Source of the DNA: Candidatus Aenigmatarchaeota archaeon
GTDB taxonomy: Archaea; Aenigmatarchaeota; Aenigmatarchaeia; CG10238-14; SCSR01
Length of the DNA: 64,000 bases
Reading direction: 5' to 3'
Assembly: GCA_038999725.1 (NCBI GenBank)
Contig: JAWBWS010000001.1
Coordinates: forward strand, 129,711-193,710
This document shows positions 57,557-64,000 of the stretch, in pieces; the stretch's first letter is position 1; each line of letters starts with the position of its first letter. The position numbers were made by a program, and so were the translations under genes. The notes under the pieces were generated by a model that did no database searches, was not told the origin of the DNA, and saw only the letters and a list, made by a program, of their open reading frames with translations.

Positions 57557-58510
57557 TTAACCCAATTCTTTCTCCAACTCCCTAAGTGCCAAAATTCTCT
57601 TGAAGGTTAACGGGTGGGTTCTGAATATTTCCAAAACCCTTATTAAGGGATTTCTCCTTTCCCATTCCATTGCTTTTTCTAATTCTTTTTCATCTAAATT
57701 CATGTCAGAATATTCGGAACGAAATCTTTTCACCTCACTTACAGATATTACTGGGTCTGCTATATAAAATGCTCTAACAGAAGAATTTTGAATTTTTTCT
57801 GAAGATATGCTTAAACCATAAGTTATCTTTGCTAGTGCACTAGCCAGCAATTTTGGTCTTGTGTTTATTCCAGAAAATCTATCAGCGTAATATTCTCTAA
57901 GTCTAGAGAGAGCAAGCACGAGTAAATTTGAAATTAGATAAACAAAATAAGCTATAACACCAATCAAGATAGCGGCCCTAAAACTTCTCTCCCTATCTTC
58001 AGAAGGGGCTAAGAGCAAAAATCTAGCAACAAAATAAGCTACTATTGGTATAGCTGAGACCAATGTCATCACAACCATGTCCTTATGCTTGATGTGGCCA
58101 ATTTCATGTGCTATGACAGCTCCTACCTCTTCTCGGTTCAAATTGTTCAATAAACCTTGAGTTAAGGTTAAGGTAGCAGAACTAGGGGTCCTTCCAAATA
58201 CAAATGCATTTGGTGCACCAACTCTTGCCAAAGCGATTTTAGGCATTGGTACTTTGTTCTTCTTACACAATTCCTCCACAGTTTTCCAAACCCATGGATA
58301 CTCTTCCTTCTCCAAGAGTCTCATGTTGGTGGTCCACCAAATTATTTTTGGCGCAATCAACCATTGGAGAAAAACGAGGAATATTGCTACAGCTACTATC
58401 AGATATCCAGAAATACCAAAGAGATAACCTATCATCGCCAACAAACCAAATAGAAGACCAAATAATAAAAACACGGTTAAACCCATTGTTAGCCAAAGTT
58501 TTAAAATCAT
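57557..58510 (-). CDS. htpX: HtpX-like M48 zinc metalloprotease
   Basis: HEIGHIKHKD (HExxH) lies between TM segments. The C-terminal third Zn ligand Glu is in context. Confidence 0.8.
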   Translation of the reverse strand: MILKLWLTMGLTVFLLFGLLFGLLAMIGYLFGISGYLIVAVAIFLVFLQWLIAPKIIWWTTNMRLLEKEEYPWVWKTVEELCKKNKVPMPKIALARVGAPNAFVFGRTPSSATLTLTQGLLNNLNREEVGAVIAHEIGHIKHKDMVVMTLVSAIPIVAYFVARFLLLAPSEDRERSFRAAILIGVIAYFVYLISNLLVLALSRLREYYADRFSGINTRPKLLASALAKITYGLSISSEKIQNSSVRAFYIADPVISVSEVKRFRSEYSDMNLDEKELEKAMEWERRNPLIRVLEIFRTHPLTFKRILALRELEKELG

Positions 58511-58511
58511 T

Positions 58512-58739
58512 CTACCACCTTTTGATTAAAATTAGAATTGTCAACATAACTATAAAAATTGTTATACTCAAAGCAAAAACTCTCTTACTACTCCAAGCTC
58601 CAAATGGTATTGGTCCTATCAAACCAAAAAATCCCCACTCACTCTCTATTTCTTTCGAGCCCAAAATTGCACCTAGGAAAATTAAAATAAACCCAACAAA
58701 TATCACCAAAATTCCAATATAAATCAAGTTCTCTTGCAT
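58512..58739 (-). CDS. Small membrane protein (2 TM), hypothetical
   Basis: Hydrophobic 75-aa ORF directly upstream of htpX, with adjacent stop and start. Confidence 0.25.
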   Translation of the reverse strand: MQENLIYIGILVIFVGFILIFLGAILGSKEIESEWGFFGLIGPIPFGAWSSKRVFALSITIFIVMLTILILIKRW

Positions 58740-58774
58740 CTATTTATTTAATTCTTACCGATAAATAAAAAACT

Positions 58775-59848
58775 ATGCGTGCTTACCTGGTTACAACCTT
58801 CATAGGAGTTTTTGGTATCAGCGAAGATGGAAAAATAATTCATTTTGAACCTTTTCCTAAAGATTCAGAAAAAATAGCAGAGAAGCTTATGGCCTCAGAG
58901 AAAGAAATTATAGAGGAAGAAGAAAAAGTACAGGATTTGTTAAAGAGGAAAGGATTTGAGGAAATTATCTTTTCGATTGAGAAGCCAGGTGTTACATATC
59001 AAAAAGAAAATGAAGCGGAAATGTTCATCAGAGAAAACCTGCGAAATTTAGCTTTGAAATACAAGTTTGTTAAAGATCAAGTGGAATTTAACCAACTTCT
59101 GAGTAAAGTTGGCATAGAAATTACAAAATCCAAGATTAAGAAAGCAATAGAAAAGGATAGTTTTGTCATCCAAATTGCAAGGGTGATAGAGGATATAGAT
59201 AAAACGACAAACACACTAATCGAAAGGTTAAGAGAGCTTTATAGTTTACATTTTCCAGAAATGGGTAAAATGGTGCAAGATCATAAGAAATACGCTAATA
59301 TAATTGAAAAATATGGGTCAAAAGAAAGAATAGAAGATCCAGAGCTAAAAGAAATTGCCAAGAGAAGCATGGGAGTCGAGTTTAGAGAGGATGAAATAAA
59401 AGCCGCTCAATTGCTTGCAACTGAGGTTTTAAATCTTTATAAGTTAAAGGATGCTCTATCAAAACAATTGGAAAAAATTTTGAAAGAAATTGCACCGAAT
59501 TTTACAGAACTAGCAGGTCCCATGCTTTCTGCCAAGCTTATTGCTAAAGCTGGTGGTCTTGAGAAGTTGGCTAAAATGCCGTCAAGTGCCATTCAACTTA
59601 TGGGTGCGGAAAAAAGTCTTTTCAGATTTTTACATGGTAAAGGTAAATCACCGAGGTTTGGAATTATTTTTAATCACCCCTTGGTTTTAAGTGCACCAGA
59701 GAAACTCAAAGGCAAAGTGGCAAGAATAGTTGCCTCAAAACTCTCTATTGCAGCGAAGCTTGATTTTTATTCAAAAGAATACAGAGGAGATAAGATGAAG
59801 AGGGAAATGGAAGATAAGGTTAAAAAAGCCTTATCTTCTAAATCTTAA
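58775..59848 (+). CDS. nop5: C/D box snoRNP protein Nop5 (Nop56/58)
   Basis: Coiled-coil middle domain. C-terminal Nop domain (AGPMLSAKLIAKAGGLEKLAKMPSSAIQLMGAEKSLF). Confidence 0.85.
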   Translation: MRAYLVTTFIGVFGISEDGKIIHFEPFPKDSEKIAEKLMASEKEIIEEEEKVQDLLKRKGFEEIIFSIEKPGVTYQKENEAEMFIRENLRNLALKYKFVKDQVEFNQLLSKVGIEITKSKIKKAIEKDSFVIQIARVIEDIDKTTNTLIERLRELYSLHFPEMGKMVQDHKKYANIIEKYGSKERIEDPELKEIAKRSMGVEFREDEIKAAQLLATEVLNLYKLKDALSKQLEKILKEIAPNFTELAGPMLSAKLIAKAGGLEKLAKMPSSAIQLMGAEKSLFRFLHGKGKSPRFGIIFNHPLVLSAPEKLKGKVARIVASKLSIAAKLDFYSKEYRGDKMKREMEDKVKKALSSKS

Positions 59849-60070
59849 TCTTTTTTCAATCAAAAAATAAACAAAAACTCCAAAAACTCCAAGAATTAAA
59901 CAAATTGCTAACCAAACTAACTTGTATTTTGTATTTTTTTTGGATTTAAAAATGTCTATCATAGCTGGTAAAAAGGCCACTACGCTTACAATTCCATAAA
60001 TTTGCAACAGTACAAACAACAAATTTATCAGATATTCAAATTCAACCATATAAATATATTCTTCTTCCAA
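59831..60070 (-). CDS. Small membrane protein (2 TM), hypothetical, antisense between nop5 and fibrillarin
   Basis: ORF only. Weak support. Confidence 0.2.
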   Translation of the reverse strand: MEEEYIYMVEFEYLINLLFVLLQIYGIVSVVAFLPAMIDIFKSKKNTKYKLVWLAICLILGVFGVFVYFLIEKRLRFRR

Positions 60071-60205
60071 AAACTTTAAAATAAGTAGGTATAAAAGTTA
60101 AAGAGTTGTTTTAAGTCTTAGATAAATATAATCATACATGTGTGAGATTGATTGTATGGAAGAAAAATCCGAAATTGATTTGATGAAGCATTAAAGTGAT
60201 AAATA

Positions 60206-60877
60206 ATGCAAGTTAAACCACATAAGTTTGATGGCATTTATAGAATTAATAACAAAATAGCTACAATAAACCTCACGCCTGGTAGAAGTGTTTATGGTGA
60301 GAGGTTAATTAAGATTAATAATGTAGAATATAGAGAATGGGTCCCATTCCGTTCAAAACTTTGTGCAGCTGTAATGAAAAAAATCAAGTTTTTTCCATTT
60401 AAAAAGGGTTCAAAAGTTCTTTATTTGGGAGCTGGCTCAGGAACCACAATTAGCCACATAAGCGATATTATTGGGAGAGATGGCATCATTTATGCTGTTG
60501 AGATCTCAGAGCATCCATTACGTGATTTAGTTGGTTTGGCAGAGCTTAGACAAAATATAGTTCCAATACTTGCGGATGCAAGATTGGTAGAAACATATGA
60601 AAACATGATAATGGAAAAAGTTGACGTAATTTATGAAGATGTTGCTGATCCTGACCAAATAAAAATTCTAATAAGAAATGCTGAGAAGTTCTTAAAAACA
60701 GATGGATTTTTAGAAATAGCCATCAAATCTCAAAGCATCAGTTCAACAAAACCTCCAAAAGAAGTTTATGAGGAATGTTTGAAAGAGTTGGGGGAACACT
60801 TTGAAATTTTGGATAAAGTAGAGTTGGAGCCTTATGAAAAGTTCCATTTGTTCGTTGTATTGAAATCCAAGAAATAA
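60206..60877 (+). CDS. flpA: Fibrillarin (rRNA/tRNA 2'-O-methyltransferase)
   Basis: VLYLGAGSGTTISHISD. EYREWVPFRSKL. Typical 223-aa length. Confidence 0.9.
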   Translation: MQVKPHKFDGIYRINNKIATINLTPGRSVYGERLIKINNVEYREWVPFRSKLCAAVMKKIKFFPFKKGSKVLYLGAGSGTTISHISDIIGRDGIIYAVEISEHPLRDLVGLAELRQNIVPILADARLVETYENMIMEKVDVIYEDVADPDQIKILIRNAEKFLKTDGFLEIAIKSQSISSTKPPKEVYEECLKELGEHFEILDKVELEPYEKFHLFVVLKSKK

Positions 60878-60905
60878 ATTCTTGAACTTAAAATTTTGTT
60901 AAAAA

Positions 60906-61448
60906 CTATTTATGAGAAAATTCTTGGGTTTTCCCCGGCAGTCTTAAATAATGTTTCAGTTTCTTGAAAATCTTCTCCAAAGCTTCAAGATCATCTAAAC
61001 AATGATTGATTATTTCTTTTTTTGCTTTCTCATCACCACGAATTGCTTTTAAATAAAGTTTAAGCATATCCTTTCCACAAACTTCTTCATCTTTTGAAAT
61101 TCCGAGATATTTTGATATTTCTTGCAAACTGTTCTTGCTAAACAATAGCTTATTCTTACAAAATTCCCAAAGATCTAGAGACGGTATTCCCACTATCTTA
61201 CTCAAGTCTTGCCCATTGATTATGGCTCTTGTGATTATAAAAGGTATGTCAAACTTGGAGCCATACCACGTTATTATCAAATTACAATCTTCAAGCTCTT
61301 TTGCAAGCCAGTTTAAAACTCTTCTCTCATCTTCTAAATTTTCAATAAACTTAACTTCTTTCTTCCCTTCTTTTATCATACCTATGGCAATAATCTGTCC
61401 CATATCAGCTTTGGTGCTCGTGGTTTCTATATCTAAAAACACTTCCAC
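60906..61448 (-). CDS. RNase H-like 3'-5' exonuclease domain protein (DEDD-type)
   Basis: FLDIETTS (Exo I-like DxE), with downstream YGSKFD and HCLDD acidic motifs. Confidence 0.45.
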   Translation of the reverse strand: MEVFLDIETTSTKADMGQIIAIGMIKEGKKEVKFIENLEDERRVLNWLAKELEDCNLIITWYGSKFDIPFIITRAIINGQDLSKIVGIPSLDLWEFCKNKLLFSKNSLQEISKYLGISKDEEVCGKDMLKLYLKAIRGDEKAKKEIINHCLDDLEALEKIFKKLKHYLRLPGKTQEFSHK

Positions 61449-61622
61449 TCAATCACCAAACTAAAATTGTTATTAAAAAATAAAAAAAAGAGGGGGAGCT
61501 TCAAATAGTCTTCAAGAACCCCCAAACCCTACCACCAGAAATAACATTTGTCCTAACTTTTTTTATTCCCCTGTCCATTAAAAATGAAATTTGGATTCTT
61601 GCTACTTCTTCCATCCCCTCAC

Positions 61623-61856
61623 CTAATGATGAAAACCAAGTTTGTGATAGAGCTCCAAATCAAACTCATGTAGGTTTTTTTGCATTTCAATTTTTTTCAC
61701 AGCTTTTTCGAGAAAGCTTCCAAAACAATCCTTGCAAAATATTCTCCTCTCACCAAAACCATCAATAAACTTAAATATTCTCCCCGAATTACACCTTAGA
61801 CATCTCATTCTCTCTTTTGATATTTTTGAAAAGAATGGTATAGGTATCTTTCCCAA
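61623..61856 (-). CDS. Small C4 zinc-finger protein, hypothetical
   Basis: CLRCN...CKDC in 77 aa. Confidence 0.25.
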   Translation of the reverse strand: MGKIPIPFFSKISKERMRCLRCNSGRIFKFIDGFGERRIFCKDCFGSFLEKAVKKIEMQKNLHEFDLELYHKLGFHH

Positions 61857-61940
61857 CCAAACTTCCGAAATTTCCGATGGAAGATATGGATAATAAAAAT
61901 CAATCCTTATCCACAGAAAATAAGACTTAATTTACCTTTT

Positions 61941-62963
61941 TTAGCTATAAATGGTTTTTAATTTTTCCAGAATCATTATTTTAATTTCTTCTTTACTTCC
62001 TACCTTTATTTTTCCGGCTCCAGCAGCTTCGTGCCCCCCACCAATTCCCAACTTCTTGAACAACTCACCCACATTAATTTTTTTGTTTCCACTTCTTCCA
62101 TGAATTTTAATATTTTTTCCAATTCTCTCAAAAATGAAGATCACATTTTCTGGATTTTCCATTGCCAATTTTGTGGCAAGTGTAGAACATATTCCCCTGT
62201 ACTTAGAATCAATTTCAGAGATGAGAATTTTATCATGAACCTCAAGATTTCTTTTAAACTCTCTTTCACACTTCTTAACTTCTATCTCGAATTTTTTTGA
62301 AGCAGAGACAATTTTCTCATTTTTCCTAAACTCTTCTAAATTTTTTGATTTCATGAGAATTTTCAAAGTCTTTTCTGGACCTAAAATAGAGATAGAGCTA
62401 TTTAAAAAAACAGCAGCATTACCAAACTTGTTTTTCCAGATATTTTTTTTGTCTTCAATTTTCACCAAATCTTTACAATCATCAATTCCTAAATCTCCAA
62501 TCGTCCCAACAATGGCAACCCATTTTTTTTCTTCAATCAACCCCGAAAACATTTTATAAACAACATAACTTGTTGGCTGATAAATCTTCGGTTTTTCCAA
62601 TCTTGGGTTTATCAAGATAACTTTTTCAGAGTTTAAATCTTTCCCCGGATGATGATCAATTATCAACATATCTTTTCCCATGCTTACCAAATGTTTTTCT
62701 ATTAAATCTATCGGCACATCAACGGTGATTATTTTTTCAAATTTTTCAAGTTTGGTTTTCAACTTTTCTATGTGAGCAAAGCCTGTTGGTGTGTTATCAA
62801 CTTTCTTCTCCAGTTTTTCAAGGACAGAGAGAAGAAGTGCTGCCGAACATAAACCATCGACATCGGCATCATAAATCAAAATAACCTTTTCCCCTTCCTG
62901 AATATTTTTGATGAAGTTCATACCTCTTTTAAAAAGTTCCTCAAGCTTTTTCAGTATCTTCAC
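61941..62963 (-). CDS. DHH/DHHA1 phosphoesterase (NrnA-like nanoRNase/pAp phosphatase or RecJ-like)
   Basis: DADVDGLCSAALL. IIDHHPG. DHHA1 GGGHEAAGAG. Confidence 0.6.
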   Translation of the reverse strand: MKILKKLEELFKRGMNFIKNIQEGEKVILIYDADVDGLCSAALLLSVLEKLEKKVDNTPTGFAHIEKLKTKLEKFEKIITVDVPIDLIEKHLVSMGKDMLIIDHHPGKDLNSEKVILINPRLEKPKIYQPTSYVVYKMFSGLIEEKKWVAIVGTIGDLGIDDCKDLVKIEDKKNIWKNKFGNAAVFLNSSISILGPEKTLKILMKSKNLEEFRKNEKIVSASKKFEIEVKKCEREFKRNLEVHDKILISEIDSKYRGICSTLATKLAMENPENVIFIFERIGKNIKIHGRSGNKKINVGELFKKLGIGGGHEAAGAGKIKVGSKEEIKIMILEKLKTIYS

Positions 62964-63567
62964 CTCTGAGTTTTTTTATGGTTTCTTCATCAAGAAGAAG
63001 CAATTGAATAGGCTGTTCTTTTGGAGTAGAAAGATGAAATTCCACCATTGAAATAAGGGTATCAACATGATGTAAAATTAAAGCTTCAAAATTTCTTGGA
63101 GGCGTTGGTCCAGCTTCACCAAAATGTGAGGCTACTATATGTATAACACCCTCTGGGAAGCCTCTATGGTAAAGCTCTGCCACAGCAAGTGTAGAGTGGT
63201 CAAGCAAAATTCCCGTATGCTTTATTTCTCCATTTTCAAGCTTCCACTCAAAAACTTTCATTATATCATGCAATAAAGCCCCAGCTATTAGGTAATCGAT
63301 ATTTATAGGTATACCATAATTTTTTTCCAAATCTTCTGCAATTTTGATACAAAGTTCGGTTACAGAAGCAATGTGCCTCAACAAATCTGCTCTTTCTACA
63401 GTTCCTTGGCCTGGAACTGTAAAAGGAGTTCTTACATTTTCAATTTTTTCTTTCGGGTATTTTTTAAATTCCTTGTGGGAGAGTGTTAGATCTTTCAAAA
63501 ATTCTATTACCTTTTTTTTCAATTCTTCATCCTTTATTTTTTCTGCAAGTTCAATTAAACTTCTCAT
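62941..63567 (-). CDS. HD-domain metal-dependent phosphohydrolase
   Basis: H...HD motif (GALLHDIMK) with downstream His residues (HHVD). Confidence 0.55.
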   Translation of the reverse strand: MRSLIELAEKIKDEELKKKVIEFLKDLTLSHKEFKKYPKEKIENVRTPFTVPGQGTVERADLLRHIASVTELCIKIAEDLEKNYGIPINIDYLIAGALLHDIMKVFEWKLENGEIKHTGILLDHSTLAVAELYHRGFPEGVIHIVASHFGEAGPTPPRNFEALILHHVDTLISMVEFHLSTPKEQPIQLLLLDEETIKKLRGEDTEKA

Positions 63568-63583
63568 TTGACTCCTTCTTCAT

Positions 63584-63865
63584 TTATCCAAACAGTGCAC
63601 TTAAGCCAGCTGCTGCTTCTTCCTCTTTCCTTTCCTTTTCTTCTTCCTCTTTCCTTTCCTTTTCTATGATGGTGGGAGTAGCTACAGGCATCGCAGCTTG
63701 TTGGATTGCTTCATCTATATTCACTCCTTCCAAACTAGCAATCAAAGCTTTAACTTTTGCTTCATCTACACTTACACCAGCAGCTTCCAACACCTTCTTT
63801 ACATTTTCTTCTGTTATTGGTTGCTTTGCTTTGTGAAGCAGCAAGACCGAATACACATATTCCAT
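63584..63865 (-). CDS. rpl12: 50S ribosomal protein L12 (P1 stalk protein)
   Basis: [31 protein letters not shown]...acidic [11 protein letters not shown] tail...GLSALFG. SD GGAGGTG lies 7 nt upstream of the ATG at 63865. The ORF-track TTG start at 63922 is unlikely. Confidence 0.8.
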   Translation of the reverse strand: MEYVYSVLLLHKAKQPITEENVKKVLEAAGVSVDEAKVKALIASLEGVNIDEAIQQAAMPVATPTIIEKERKEEEEKERKEEEAAAGLSALFG

Positions 63866-64000
63866 CAATTCACACCTCCCCATTCTTTCTATGGCCTTTG
63901 CAGTATAAAAGGCTTTGGCCAACAGAATTTTAATTATCTCTTTGGTTGGATAGGAAATGTTGAGAGAGAGATTTATGGCACATTGATGTGCAGTAATGAG

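Noticed and set aside
60071-60205. Possible C/D box sRNA upstream of fibrillarin (UGAUGA at ~60185)
   Set aside because: A C-box-like UGAUGA is present, but no D box (CUGA) at the expected distance and no terminal stem. An AT-rich spacer can contain such hexamers by chance.
63590-63680. GA-rich repeat (gaaaggaaaaggaagaagagg...)
   Set aside because: It encodes the conserved acidic [11 protein letters not shown] hinge of ribosomal stalk protein L12. It is not an independent repeat element.
63866-64000. In-frame continuation upstream of L12 to the window edge, suggesting a P0-L12 fusion
   Set aside because: - **Likely chance.** Only 45 codons of open frame remain before the window edge, which is plausible by chance.
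- **Clear L12 start.** L12 has a conserved MEYVY start with a strong GGAGGTG SD at 63865.
- **Biology.** Archaeal P0 ends in its own acidic tail plus stop, so a fusion is unlikely.

Overview
This 64 kb window is AT-rich, tightly packed archaeal chromosome, probably from a small-genome (DPANN-like) lineage.

- **Reasoning behind that call.** It carries an archaeal histone, Nop5 plus fibrillarin, separate Kae1 and Bud32 genes, RadA/RPA, Hel308, an archaeal DnaG, Hjc and B-family DNA polymerase. It also has intron-containing tRNAs and GGTGA/GGAGG Shine-Dalgarno motifs.
- **Core information-processing genes.** CysRS, a class II ribonucleotide reductase next to a CobO-type adenosyltransferase, diphthine synthase, Trm5, TrmI, HtpX, a site-2 protease, and ribosomal proteins S15, S3Ae and L12.
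- **Accessory modules.**
  - A type IV pilus-like operon at the 5' end (FlaI-like ATPase, FlaJ-like membrane protein, two short pilin-like genes).
  - An ~18 kb surface-glycan / N-glycosylation island at 21.9-40.3 kb, with AglB, several glycosyltransferases, a flippase, and a WbpA/B/E/D plus WecB plus AsnB-like amidotransferase pathway for a diacetamido/acetamidino uronic sugar.
  - A small island of AsnC-type winged-helix proteins around a PD-(D/E)xK nuclease-HTH fusion, with repeated TGCGAA motifs.
- **Most notable candidates.**
  - A catalytically degenerate DP1-like B-subunit directly upstream of PolB.
  - Two genes whose only plausible start is an SD-preceded ATA codon.
  - An atypical 105-nt intron-bearing tRNA that does not fold canonically.
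  - A stand-alone SPASM-like Cys-rich protein next to an intron-containing tRNA-Pro.
- **Basis.** All calls rest on motif-level reading of the supplied translations and sequence. No database searches were run.
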